Shown: positions 28,297 to 38,442, numbered from the stretch's first letter. The stretch: DNA of 64,000 bases from an uncultured Candidatus Bathyarchaeia archaeon (GCA_964569845.1 CAZMUQ010000001.1:70664-134663), one strand, 5' to 3'. Notes: a model not told the origin generated them from the letters alone. Numbers and translations are program-made.

Positions 28297-29562
28297 TTAC
28301 ACAACTCCCAGCTTAACGTATTGATGCATCCCATAGTTCCACGGGTTTCTGAAGAGGAGGTCTTTATTGTTTAAGGCCTCTTGAAGCTTTTTTAAACTAT
28401 CCTTCCTCCGTATAGCGTTTATTAGAACACCTAAATCTCTAGGTTCACCAATAAACTGTGCACCCATGATAACTCCATTATTAGCATTAACTAGTAACCT
28501 ACAATAATGATATTTATCCTTCTCCTCAACCACTTTTACATCAACATCTTTAAGTCTATCCATGTTGTAACCTATCGACACAACATATGTACCAAATACA
28601 TCTATTACGTTGATACCAAGCATCCCAGCATAGCTTCTTTCAACTCCTATAGAGTTATAGCCTGCAATCCTCCCTTGTTGCTTAGCATTATACCATGAAG
28701 CTCTTAAGGCATCTTTCCCACTAAGAATATCCTTTACCTCTACGCAATCTCCACAAGCATAAACATCTTTAACGCTTGTCATCATCCGCTCATTCACTTT
28801 AATACCTCCAAGTTCCCCTATCCTTATTCCAGCTCTTCTTGCTAATTCTACTCTTGGTTCTAGGCCTAACGCAAGGATTACAGCATCACAAGCTATCTTA
28901 TACTTGCTTGTAATTATGCTGTCAACCTGCGAGGTTCCGCCAAATTTAACCAATTTTTCTTCTGCTAGTACTTTTATCCCATTTTCTTTGAGGATTTTTT
29001 CAATAATCATCGAAACTTCTTTATCAAGCATTCTTCTTAGCAAACGTGAACGCACTATTAGAAATACTTTAAAGCATCTTTTTCTTAAAGCCACACAAGC
29101 CTCAACACCAAGAGGGCCAGCTCCAACGACTACAACTTTTTCTCCCACATAGTTATGTATCTTGTCCGCATCATTTAGAGATTTTAAAACGAACACATTC
29201 TCCTTATCTACACCCTTAATTGAAGGAATTATCGGCTTACTTCCTGTAGCTATAATGAGTTTATCATAGTATATGACTTTTTTACCATTAAGAAGCAACC
29301 TCTTACTTCTGATATCTATCTCTTCAACCCTTCTTCCAAAGATGGTTTCAATACTCTCTTTTGAGTAGTCCTCAAAGCTTTTCAAAAAAACTTTTTCTCT
29401 TTCTACCTCTTTAGAGATGTACTTTTTTGAGAGAACACAGTTGCTGTATAAAGGAAAAGCTTCTTCAGAAATTATAGTGACCGGGACTTCTTTATTTACA
29501 CTTCTAATAGCCATAGCCGCACTATTACCTGCTATACCGTTTCCTATAATGGTTATGCCCAT
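28297..29562 (-). CDS. FAD/NAD(P)-dependent pyridine nucleotide-disulfide oxidoreductase family protein
   Basis: GNGIAGNSAA and a second Rossmann VVVVGAGPLGVE motif, 421 aa. Confidence 0.7.
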   Translation of the reverse strand: MGITIIGNGIAGNSAAMAIRSVNKEVPVTIISEEAFPLYSNCVLSKKYISKEVEREKVFLKSFEDYSKESIETIFGRRVEEIDIRSKRLLLNGKKVIYYDKLIIATGSKPIIPSIKGVDKENVFVLKSLNDADKIHNYVGEKVVVVGAGPLGVEACVALRKRCFKVFLIVRSRLLRRMLDKEVSMIIEKILKENGIKVLAEEKLVKFGGTSQVDSIITSKYKIACDAVILALGLEPRVELARRAGIRIGELGGIKVNERMMTSVKDVYACGDCVEVKDILSGKDALRASWYNAKQQGRIAGYNSIGVERSYAGMLGINVIDVFGTYVVSIGYNMDRLKDVDVKVVEEKDKYHYCRLLVNANNGVIMGAQFIGEPRDLGVLINAIRRKDSLKKLQEALNNKDLLFRNPWNYGMHQYVKLGVV

Positions 29563-31566
29563 TTAAACGCCTCCTTGTGAAGATGAGATCTTGAGTAAAG
29601 CTTGTTCTAAATCTGGTATGAGCTCTTCAAGCCCACACTCTTTGAGTTTTTCCCTTGTTGGTAAGCCTGTTTTAATATCCCAACCTCTCTCATCATAATA
29701 ATCGTCAAGCCACTGCTCAATATCTCTCCTCGTGAGTTTTTTAACATTGTAATAGTCAGTCATGTACTTTAACTGGCCATCAGGAGTCTTTATGGGTTCA
29801 AACCACTGGTCAGGTGGTTCATCATGTATTCTCCAAAAACCCTCCCTAACATTTATCATCTTAAATAAATTCCAAACCCTCTCTGCACGCTTTACGAGTT
29901 CCTGGGGGGTGACATCTATGCCAGTTACTGCAGAATAGAGTTCAGCAACTATACTGATATGGTAAAACCTATTGTTTACATGTCTATTGCAAATTCCCAG
30001 AGAGTTAAACAGAGCCAGCCAGTGTTCCGATGATACGGTAAGCCTTCCAATATTAATCTTTAACGGGGAGTCAAAAGCTTTCTCGATCCTATCTTTTGGC
30101 ATACCCATTCTATCAGCATGTCTTTTAACAGTCTCTACAGGCTGATTTAGTGTGTAAAGACCAGTCCCCCCAGATTCAGCGTTAGGGCCTCTTGGATATA
30201 CTAATTGAGCAAATTCATTGGTTCCTAATCCTGATATTCTTGGATCCCAAACACCAGTTCTTCCCTTAATAAGTGGAATATTTCTCTTTATAAAGTCCAT
30301 AACTTCTTTGTTGTTGCTAAACTTTCTCATTATTCCTTTCCAACCATCTGCAATTACCCCACCAAAGTCTTGTCTAAAAGCCGTCTTTTCAGCACATACA
30401 CAGATGGCATCAATATTTCCTCTCTCCAACGGTAAACTATCCACATCTTCTGCTTTTATCTTTCCTTCTTCATAAAGGGTAATGAGAAAGTCAAGTATAT
30501 CTAAGAAACTAATTTGGTCTAACCCATACCTATCACAAGTATCCAGAAACTTAATTGCTTCTCCACAATCTTTAAGGTCTAAAACACCTCCTGCAATAGC
30601 TGCGTTTAGGTATGAGGGTGTTGACGTCCTTAAACCTTTAAATCTACCTTCTAATACTTCTAGGATTTCCTTATCAGCTATAAAGCAAGATGGACAACCA
30701 ATAGCTTTCCTTTTTACCGATTTCTTATAAGCCTCAAAACCTAACTTTCTGTTGAGTTCATCATAGTCCAACATTTGTGTGCGACTTCTAGTATATCCCA
30801 TCTGGACACCGTAGTTTGGAAAATTTGTCATAACTCCGTATTTTACGATATCCGCATGATATGGATACCTCCTACACCTCTCAAATAGGCTATCTCTTAC
30901 CCTCTTAAATCTATCTATATCTGCTATTTTTATTGAACCACTACCCTTCGCTACAAGAGCTTTAAGATTTTTGCTACCCATAACCCCTCCTAAGCCACCT
31001 CTACCAAGTGTGGCAGCATTATCACACATAGCTAACGTAATTACCCCCATATTTTCTCCAGCTTGACCAATAGCAATTACCCCACAATCTCCATACTTCT
31101 CCCACAGCCGCTCAGTTGTTTCAAACAAATCCCTTCCCCAAAGATAGCTTGCATCACAGATCTCAATATCATCATCAACAACCTTCAAATAAACTGGCTT
31201 ATCAGCTTTCCCTACGATTACAATATGAGCATAGCCCGCCATCCTAAGCATAAAACCAAACCTCATAGCACCTCCACCGCAGCCGATAGCACCAGTTTCT
31301 GGATACTTTAACGTTGCTAGAACTCTTGGAGTTCCTGGAGCACCTGTACCAACCAAAGGCCCTGAACCTATTATTATCGGGTTTTCGGGTGAAAATGGGT
31401 CGATACCAGGTTTAAGTAAATCATACAATCTCCTTAACTGAACACCCATACCTCCAAGAAATTTAATTAATAATTCAGGATCTAAAGTTTCCTTTTTAAT
31501 TTCTCCAGTCGTCAGGTTTACATATAGCTCTTTCTCCTTCCATTCATGAATCAAAATTCCACCCAT
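29563..31566 (-). CDS. aldehyde:ferredoxin oxidoreductase family (tungsten-type AOR)
   Basis: 667 aa with the AOR N-terminal domain and the AOR-family Cys region (CxxxC...C...C). Confidence 0.85.
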   Translation of the reverse strand: MGGILIHEWKEKELYVNLTTGEIKKETLDPELLIKFLGGMGVQLRRLYDLLKPGIDPFSPENPIIIGSGPLVGTGAPGTPRVLATLKYPETGAIGCGGGAMRFGFMLRMAGYAHIVIVGKADKPVYLKVVDDDIEICDASYLWGRDLFETTERLWEKYGDCGVIAIGQAGENMGVITLAMCDNAATLGRGGLGGVMGSKNLKALVAKGSGSIKIADIDRFKRVRDSLFERCRRYPYHADIVKYGVMTNFPNYGVQMGYTRSRTQMLDYDELNRKLGFEAYKKSVKRKAIGCPSCFIADKEILEVLEGRFKGLRTSTPSYLNAAIAGGVLDLKDCGEAIKFLDTCDRYGLDQISFLDILDFLITLYEEGKIKAEDVDSLPLERGNIDAICVCAEKTAFRQDFGGVIADGWKGIMRKFSNNKEVMDFIKRNIPLIKGRTGVWDPRISGLGTNEFAQLVYPRGPNAESGGTGLYTLNQPVETVKRHADRMGMPKDRIEKAFDSPLKINIGRLTVSSEHWLALFNSLGICNRHVNNRFYHISIVAELYSAVTGIDVTPQELVKRAERVWNLFKMINVREGFWRIHDEPPDQWFEPIKTPDGQLKYMTDYYNVKKLTRRDIEQWLDDYYDERGWDIKTGLPTREKLKECGLEELIPDLEQALLKISSSQGGV

Positions 31567-31639
31567 TTCTTAATACAACCTGTGTAAAAGTGTGGAAAAC
31601 TTATCTTATATGTTAGCTTATTTTCCATAAAATTATGTA

Positions 31640-32260
31640 ATATGAAGTATAACATAAAGGTCTTATTGTAACTTATATTTCAAGCGGCGCCAGAAGAGTT
31701 TTGGCTTTGGGCCTGTAAACCTTTAGACCACTTTCCTTAATAGTTTTTATGGAGCTTGGTTTAGGCTTCAAGCTTTTAAGTTGCTCCCCAGTAAGGGCTA
31801 TCTGACCACATAAGCCATCTTCACGTTTGTAGGTCGTTTAGGATTTTTGGTAGCATCCTCCATGTATATTAATATACTCACTCAGTCCAGCCTCTATTCC
31901 TAGAGGTAGGAAAAGAAGCGACCATCGCAGCAAACCAGTTAATATTGACTAAACCACGGGGTCAAATTTCCGAGGAGCTTCTTTTAGAATTTTTTGAGAT
32001 GTTTGTTGAACCGGCTTTTATGAGCGGTTGAAACGTACACGCCCAAAAGTATTACAGACTGGGTAGGATTGTAGAGGGGAGATAAATTTGGAGGAATTTT
32101 TTAGCAAACTTTATAAACTGAGCAAAAGCTTCAGCATAATCTCTAACAGTTCTAAAACTTCTTAAGCTAATTTTACAATCCTCAATCCGGTCTCGGCGCT
32201 CTTTAAAACTTTTATACAGAAGAAGAAATTTAGAGGGAAGCCTTATATTGCTACTGTCAT
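31640..32260 (-). pseudogene. decayed coding remnant(s) with protein-like translation spread across several frames (possibly a former transposase/MGE gene)
   Basis: Minus-strand translations give protein-like runs in three frames (e.g. RIEDCKISLRSFRTVRDYAEAFAQFIKFAKKFLQIYLPSTILPS and DGLCGQIALTGEQLKSLKPKPSSIKTIKESGLKVYRPKAKTLLAPLEI) separated by stops. No intact ORF is present. Confidence 0.25.
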
Positions 32261-32326
32261 TATTAATATTAGTGTAGTGTTAAAATTAGACCAAGAAACC
32301 AACCCTCAGAACGGTCTACATAGATA

Positions 32327-32405
32327 GGGGCCGTGGGCTAGCCTGGTCTACGCTTGGCGGCTTGGGCCCGCCAGATCGCCGGTTCAAATCCGGCCGGCCC
32401 CACCA
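32327..32405 (+). tRNA. tRNA-Pro (anticodon UGG), no intron, CCA encoded
   Basis: Acceptor GGGGCCG/CGGCCCC, anticodon arm GGCGG-CUUGGGC-CCGCC, T-arm GCCGG-TTCAAAT-CCGGC, discriminator A. Confidence 0.75.
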
Positions 32406-32447
32406 AAACTGGTGTGTCCAGCTTCCTAAGTAAACTTTTAAAGGTTT

Positions 32448-32696
32448 TTGTTGTTTATAAGAGGGTTAAAAGAAGGGTATTTGAAAGGAAATTTGAAAAA
32501 TTTTGTGAATTATCTTAAGGTTTTGAATAGAAATGTGGATATTGCTGATTCTGATGGGGTTTGGGGTTTTATAAATAACTATTATGTTGGAAATGGGAAA
32601 CGTATTTATTGGGAATATTACCAGACATATGCAAAAACCATAAATATGAAGCTAGAAAAGTTGACTTGGAAAGTGTTAAGAAAATCTAAGAACTGA
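32448..32696 (+). CDS. hypothetical small protein, aromatic-rich
   Basis: 82-aa ORF directly after tRNA-Pro with Tyr/Trp-rich composition (GVWGFINNYYVGNGKRIYWEYYQTY). No recognisable family. Confidence 0.25.
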   Translation: MLFIRGLKEGYLKGNLKNFVNYLKVLNRNVDIADSDGVWGFINNYYVGNGKRIYWEYYQTYAKTINMKLEKLTWKVLRKSKN

Positions 32697-32835
32697 TAAA
32701 ATCAGGTTGGGAAATAGCGGTTTAAATAGATAAATGGATAATCTTTAGAATACCGGTATGGATTTGGAAAACTGAAATCTTGTCGGAGATTCGGAGAAAC
32801 TGTAGAAACGGTAGATTTTTCCGCTGTAACATTAA

Positions 32836-33055
32836 TTAGTTATGTGTTCTGGGGGGACCTATAATGCTCAAATCAACCAGCATTATAGGGTTACCCCTAA
32901 CCCTTTTATCTTTTAGCCACTCAACTATTATTTTTCTTAGTATTGCTGACCTGTTTGGTTCATGATAGTTTTTCAATTTTTCTATTAGGTCCCATAATGT
33001 TTCAGGTAGAGAAATTGTTGGTGTAAAAGGTACTGTAAAATTTGATGATTGGCAT
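32836..33055 (-). pseudogene. ribbon-helix-helix (CopG/Arc-like) protein gene, apparently frameshifted near its 5' end
   Basis: Translation ISLPETLWDLIEKLKNYHEPNRSAILRKIIVEWLKDK fits the RHH pattern (beta-strand ISLPE, then NRSxxIRxxIxExL). That frame has no start after an upstream TAG. An ATG-initiated frame (MPIIKFYSTFYTNN) would join it with a 1-nt indel. Confidence 0.35.
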
Positions 33056-33316
33056 CGTATACCAACAGGAGCCTATGTAACACCTATAGGCCAATTCCAA
33101 GAAGATGGAAAATTTATTGTTGTTTGGCCTGAATGGTTAAGAAAAAAACAAATCCTGAAGAATATTATAAAACTTTAGAAGAACTAAGAAAAGCATAAAT
33201 TTTCCATTAAACTACCTATCATATTTTTATTTTTAACAAGCTTAAGTAAAAAACTATTTAAGAAGTCCAGCTTATAATGTTAAAGTTAGAGTTAAAAGAC
33301 CTTAAGAAAAGGGGAT

Positions 33317-33414
33317 GCCGGGGTCGCCTAGCCTGGTAGGGCGCAGGCCTGCTAACAAAGGTAGTAAGCCTGTGGCTCATTGGAGCCGCGCGGGTTCAAA
33401 TCCCGTCCCCGGCG
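33317..33414 (+). tRNA. tRNA-Ser (anticodon GCU) with ~12-nt intron in the anticodon loop and long variable arm; CCA not encoded
   Basis: Acceptor GCCGGGG/CCCCGGC, D-arm GCCT-AGCCTGGTA-GGGC, anticodon stem CAGGC/GCCTG split by CTGCTA[ACAAAGGTAGTA]A, variable hairpin GGCTC-ATTG-GAGCC, T-loop TTCAAAT, discriminator G. Confidence 0.7.
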
Positions 33415-33497
33415 TCAAAAATTTGTTTCATTTAACTTTTCTGAATCTTTTTCCAAGTTAATTTCTTCTTAACTTTGCCTAATTTTGCATTTTAATC

Positions 33498-34361
33498 TTA
33501 TTTATTTAGGTATTTCCAGGATAGAATTATCCCTGTTATGACGAGAACTGTAGTAAATGCTGTAAGATATATCAAATCAAATGTTAGTTGAGAAAAATTT
33601 GTTTCGTAGATTAAAAGTTGTCTTATAGCATCTGTTGCATAAGTTATTGGATTTACTTTTGCTACTGTTTGCAGCCAACTTGGCATTAATTTTACTGGGA
33701 AGAGTACATTACTTGCGAAGAGTAGGGGGAGGTTAAGTAAGTTTACTACAGCCATTTGTGTTTCCCATCTTGTTGAACGAATAGCTATCATTAAAAACAT
33801 TGAGGCTAACCCCACACATAGAAGGAGCAAAACCAAGAAAACTCCTAAAATTTTTAGGAATGTAATATTTTGATGTAAATGTAAGCCTAAAAGTAAAGCA
33901 GCAAGTAAAACGATTCCTGCTTGTATAAGTGACCTTATTGTTGCAGAAAAAATTTTTGATACTATTATTACTCCTCTTGCAACAGGGGTACTTAAAACCT
34001 TGTTTAAAAAGCCTAACCGTCTGTCCCAAACAATAGACATTCCACTAAACATTGCTGAGAATAATATAACAAACGAAAGCATACCTACAGCCATAAATGA
34101 AAAATAATCTAAAGTTCCAAATGTTTTACTCATTATCTGCTCTGCGAAATTTGGTGGTAGCTTTTGGTTTAATGTTGTCATAGTGCTTGTAAAAATAGCG
34201 TTAATATTCATTGCTTTACCAAAAAGTCCTATCCATATTATTGGTTGAACTACCGATATAAAAAGAACTATGGGTGCTTTATACCACTTTTTTAATTCTC
34301 TATGAGTTAAGCTCCATAAACCATGAAACGGATTTTTTATTTCTCTAATATACCTGGTCAT
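33498..34361 (-). CDS. ABC-2 family transporter permease
   Basis: 287 aa with six predicted TM segments of the ABC-2 type. The 3' end overlaps the upstream ATPase gene by 4 nt. Confidence 0.75.
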   Translation of the reverse strand: MTRYIREIKNPFHGLWSLTHRELKKWYKAPIVLFISVVQPIIWIGLFGKAMNINAIFTSTMTTLNQKLPPNFAEQIMSKTFGTLDYFSFMAVGMLSFVILFSAMFSGMSIVWDRRLGFLNKVLSTPVARGVIIVSKIFSATIRSLIQAGIVLLAALLLGLHLHQNITFLKILGVFLVLLLLCVGLASMFLMIAIRSTRWETQMAVVNLLNLPLLFASNVLFPVKLMPSWLQTVAKVNPITYATDAIRQLLIYETNFSQLTFDLIYLTAFTTVLVITGIILSWKYLNK

Positions 34362-35362
34362 GATTTTGCTCTCCTCAACATCATACGAAATGTGAAAAAG
34401 TCTTCTTTAGAACCCTCCTCTTCACGAAGCTTTTTTCCAGTATATTCAAGGTAAACATCATCTAAAGTTGGCTTTGTAAGAAAAAGCTTTGTTATAGTAT
34501 AACCATTTTTTCTTAAAATATCTATTATCTTAGGTGTTACAATTTCCCCGTAAGTGACCTTAATCCTATATTCGTTACCATATTTTTCCACTTCTTTAAC
34601 ATTCTCAACTTTACTGATAAGTTCTATAATGGTGTCAGAATCTCCCTCTATATCTAAGATTAAGATATCCCCACCTAAGTTTTCTTTTAAAATGTTGGGA
34701 GAGCCTATTGCAACTAGTTTCCCGTTATCTATTATTGCTATTCTGTCACAAAGATTATCAGCTTCATCAAGATAATGTGTTGTCATAAAAATTGTCATAC
34801 CATACTCTTCTTTAAGTAGCCTAATATATTGCCAAATTATTTTTCTTGATTGAACATCTAAACCTAGCGTTGGTTCATCCAAAAATAAGACTTTAGGCAT
34901 ATTTACTAATCCACAAGCAAGTTCAAGCCTTCTACGCATCCCTCCAGAATAAGTTTCAACCTTTTTATCTTTAAACTTTGTTAATCCTACAAGCTCTAAA
35001 AGTTCTATTGCTCGTTTTTTTGCTAAATCTCTAGGTAAACCATAAAGGCTTGCACATAAAATTACATTTTCATATCCAGTTAAATCTTCATCAGCAGTAT
35101 ACTCTTGAGGTACAACCCCAATAAGGCTTCTAACCATGCTTGCTTCTTTCACAATATCATATCCACAAACTGTAGCTTTACCTTCGGTTGGCTTTAAAAT
35201 TGTGGTTAACATGTTAATGGTTGTTGTTTTACCTGCACCATTAGGACCAAGAAAACCGAATATCTCACCCTCAAAAACATCAAATGTTATATGATCTACC
35301 GCGGTAAATTTATTAAAAATCTTAGTTAACTCTTCAGCCTGAACAATCTTTTTCTTACTCAA
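34358..35362 (-). CDS. ABC transporter ATP-binding protein
   Basis: Walker A GPNGAGKTT, signature LSGGMRRRL, Walker B LFLDEPT. Confidence 0.85.
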   Translation of the reverse strand: MSKKKIVQAEELTKIFNKFTAVDHITFDVFEGEIFGFLGPNGAGKTTTINMLTTILKPTEGKATVCGYDIVKEASMVRSLIGVVPQEYTADEDLTGYENVILCASLYGLPRDLAKKRAIELLELVGLTKFKDKKVETYSGGMRRRLELACGLVNMPKVLFLDEPTLGLDVQSRKIIWQYIRLLKEEYGMTIFMTTHYLDEADNLCDRIAIIDNGKLVAIGSPNILKENLGGDILILDIEGDSDTIIELISKVENVKEVEKYGNEYRIKVTYGEIVTPKIIDILRKNGYTITKLFLTKPTLDDVYLEYTGKKLREEEGSKEDFFTFRMMLRRAKS

Positions 35363-35411
35363 AATCCCCTTCCTAGAATTAGATACTTATTGTTTTTAAA
35401 TTTTTAAGATT

Positions 35412-36662
35412 TCACTTTCTTAATGTTTCCTTTGTAAAAATTGTTGCTACTGAAGCTATAACCAAGGCTAAAAAGCAAAGCAGGAATGCTGCTTGATAAG
35501 CTTGAGGTGAATAAATTTTTACACCTTCCACTATTTTTATTGGGCCGTAAAGGTCTAAGGTGTAACCTATTAAAGGTTGAAAGAAACCTACTCCTACAAA
35601 GCAGAGCGTATTTACACATCCTAAAACTACACCGACAATTTTTTCCGGAAAAGTTTCTCTTAGCATAGGAACTGAAATCACTATTGCACCGCTAAAAAAA
35701 CCAAGCATAAAAAATAATATACAAAGCATAGAAGGTAAAACTTTCCAGACTACCAATATAAGCCATGTTAAAGTGTAGGCAAAGTATCCCAAAATAAAGA
35801 TAGGTTTTCTAACACCTAAAACTTTATCCGATAAAAGCCCCCAAAAAGTTGCACCAAAACCAAATCCAATAGCAGCCATCGTTAAACTAAAACTTGCCTC
35901 AATTTTACTATAATTGTAAATTTGCATTAGGTACGGGATACCCCATATTCCTTGGAAACTTGCAAAACTTCCATACCATGCAAAAAACGGGATAGCTACA
36001 AGCCAGAAATATTTGCTTAGGAAAACAATTTTTAATGCTTCAGGAAAACTTAAACTACCTACAAAAATTTTGTTTTGCCCATTTAGCTGGCTTGGACGGT
36101 CACGTACAAATAACCAGGTTGCTATAGCAAGCAGGGTAGTAATCATTGAAAGTATAAGAAAGGATAATCTCCAACCAAAAGCTACCACAACAAAGGCTAA
36201 TGGTGTTGCTGCAAAAACAGCTCCAATATTTCCAATAAAATTTAATACACCGTTCATAGTTGCAAATTCCCTTAAACCATACCATGCAGCAACAAATTTT
36301 AATGTACAAACCCATACAACTGAAACACCTAACCCTATAAGCAATCTACCAAAAATAAGGTGGTTAAAATTTTCAGCTAAAGTAAAAATAAGTGCTCCAA
36401 CAGATGCAAGTAACATGAAAAATGATATAGTCTTTCTTGGTCCAATATTATCTGCAAAAAAACCCACAGGAATCTGCATAAGCATGTAGGTGTAAAAGTA
36501 GGTGGCTGCAAGTAAACCAAGCATAGTAGCACTTACATCAAATTCACTCATAATCTCGGGTGCAATTACAGCAGGAGAAAATCTATGAAAAAGAACAAAA
36601 AAGTAGGCTAAAGCAAGAATACTAAACATAAAGTTTCTTCTCACACGTAAAACCTTAACCAT
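35412..36662 (-). CDS. MFS transporter
   Basis: 416 aa with 12 predicted TM helices and the MFS motif GRLLIGLG. Confidence 0.75.
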   Translation of the reverse strand: MVKVLRVRRNFMFSILALAYFFVLFHRFSPAVIAPEIMSEFDVSATMLGLLAATYFYTYMLMQIPVGFFADNIGPRKTISFFMLLASVGALIFTLAENFNHLIFGRLLIGLGVSVVWVCTLKFVAAWYGLREFATMNGVLNFIGNIGAVFAATPLAFVVVAFGWRLSFLILSMITTLLAIATWLFVRDRPSQLNGQNKIFVGSLSFPEALKIVFLSKYFWLVAIPFFAWYGSFASFQGIWGIPYLMQIYNYSKIEASFSLTMAAIGFGFGATFWGLLSDKVLGVRKPIFILGYFAYTLTWLILVVWKVLPSMLCILFFMLGFFSGAIVISVPMLRETFPEKIVGVVLGCVNTLCFVGVGFFQPLIGYTLDLYGPIKIVEGVKIYSPQAYQAAFLLCFLALVIASVATIFTKETLRK

Positions 36663-36702
36663 TTAATTTTGTCTTCTTAATAAGAGGGGTATTTTAAGAT
36701 TT

Positions 36703-38187
36703 TTACCTTATAAATCCTTTTACTTTAAGCTCCTTTTTAATTAGAAAAATAAAGTTTTCAGCATTAGCAGGTTTTCTTGTTACCAGGCTAACAGAAATAA
36801 ATAGTATAGTTGTAACAATTAAACCCCATACCGGTGGGCCTAAACTTAGAGGAGATATCTTCAAAATGTAAAGTATTCCTGTTAAGGCACCACCAACAAT
36901 CATACTTATACATGCTCCAATTCCGCTTCCATTTTTCCAATAAAATGCACCAATTATTGTAGGTATTTGTACAAGTAAACCTGCTGAAGCCATTACAGCC
37001 AATAAGGATATTAATCCTAGCTTCTGAATAGCAAAAAACCAGATTATTAAAGCTTCAATAAGAATTGTTGCATAACCAACCCACATTTCAACTTTTTCTG
37101 AAGATTTTTTGGTAATTGCTCTATAAATATCTCTTCCAACCATAGAAGCTAAAGAAAGCATTATGGAGTTTGCTGTTGAAACTCCTGCTGAAAGAATACT
37201 TAACATAACTATCAATGCTAAAATTGGTGGAACAAAAAGTTCTAATATTAAGGGCATAGCTTTATCCGGCGGGGAAGCTGAAATCCCGAGAGCAACTGCC
37301 ATAAAGCCAAATAAAACACTAATTACAGTGTATATAAAACCAAATATGAAAAATCCAATGATCATGTTCCGCAAAGATGAAACAGATTTTGAAACAAAAA
37401 GACGCTGAGAAACTTGTGGATTTGTTAATGCAAAAAAGAACCATGGAATGGTTAACGTAATAAAGTTTTGAATGGTGAAAAAGTTTTTCGGGCCTGGAAC
37501 TGCAAGCATAGCTGGGTGTTGATTTTCAAGTATGCTTACAAAGTTTCCCCATCCTCCTAGGTATACATAAAGAAGGTAAAAGAAAAGGTAAATAGAAGCT
37601 GAAAGCATAAGTAAACCTTGCACAGTATCGGTCCAAGCTACACCTCTAAATCCACCTAAAAGTGCGCAGATAGTTATTACTAGAATAATAAATGTCAAAC
37701 TAACCTCATAACTTATCATCCCACCAGATAAAGCTTCAATAAGGTAAGCTGAACCCATACCCTGAATAGACATATATGGGACAAGAAAAACTAAGCATAG
37801 GATTGTCGCTACAATACCAACAAGTTTACTTTCATATCTTTCAGCTAGAAGCTGAGTTGGAGTTATATACCCCCAAATTTTACCTGCAACCCAGAATTTT
37901 GGAGCAAAAATTGTAAGAAGAAGAACAGTAGCAAGTAGATAGGTAAGTTCAAAGCCTAAAGCACCAACACCATAAGCATAAGTTAAACCAACCAATCCAA
38001 CCATCATAAAAACACTGTACGTTGTGGATGCATAGGTTAATGCTGCAACAAATCCTGTAATTTTTCTCCCAGCAATATAGAACTCTTCTAAACCTTTACC
38101 AGTTTTTAATCTTCCATAATAGGCAACAATAAGTAGAAAGCCAAAATATACAATTATTAAAGTAAGAATTAAGCTTACACTTACCAA
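36703..38187 (-). CDS. sodium:solute symporter (SSS) family transporter
   Basis: 494 aa, polytopic membrane protein with SSS-family architecture. Confidence 0.75.
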   Translation of the reverse strand: MVSVSLILTLIIVYFGFLLIVAYYGRLKTGKGLEEFYIAGRKITGFVAALTYASTTYSVFMMVGLVGLTYAYGVGALGFELTYLLATVLLLTIFAPKFWVAGKIWGYITPTQLLAERYESKLVGIVATILCLVFLVPYMSIQGMGSAYLIEALSGGMISYEVSLTFIILVITICALLGGFRGVAWTDTVQGLLMLSASIYLFFYLLYVYLGGWGNFVSILENQHPAMLAVPGPKNFFTIQNFITLTIPWFFFALTNPQVSQRLFVSKSVSSLRNMIIGFFIFGFIYTVISVLFGFMAVALGISASPPDKAMPLILELFVPPILALIVMLSILSAGVSTANSIMLSLASMVGRDIYRAITKKSSEKVEMWVGYATILIEALIIWFFAIQKLGLISLLAVMASAGLLVQIPTIIGAFYWKNGSGIGACISMIVGGALTGILYILKISPLSLGPPVWGLIVTTILFISVSLVTRKPANAENFIFLIKKELKVKGFIR

Positions 38188-38190
38188 TTT

Positions 38191-38442
38191 TTAATCCCTC
38201 CAAAACCTTAGCAATAAAATGAAACATGACAAAGCAACAAGAATAGTAAGTAGACACCAAAAAAGAAAAGTCCCAAAAATGGTTGGGTAGTTTTTAAGTA
38301 CCAAATAGGGAATTAAGTAATCTAAGAGTATTAAAAGGAAAAACCACATTATAATTGTATAGTTTTTAATTGACATTATTGACCCCTGACTATTATTGTA
38401 ATCTTCTCCCTCTCCGAATAAATGTTCAAATGTATCGAACAT
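38191..38442 (-). CDS. small 2-TM membrane protein (DUF4212-like putative SSS small subunit)
   Basis: 83 aa with two hydrophobic helices. It lies immediately upstream of and co-oriented with the SSS transporter (3-nt gap). Confidence 0.4.
   Translation of the reverse strand: MFDTFEHLFGEGEDYNNSQGSIMSIKNYTIIMWFFLLILLDYLIPYLVLKNYPTIFGTFLFWCLLTILVALSCFILLLRFWRD

Noticed and set aside
31680-31760. Moderately GC-rich patch downstream of AOR considered as a tRNA, SRP RNA or RNase P RNA
   Set aside because: No cloverleaf could be folded, and conserved SRP (GNAR-loop helix 8) or RNase P (GGAAAGTCC-type) motifs are absent. It is more consistent with decayed coding sequence.
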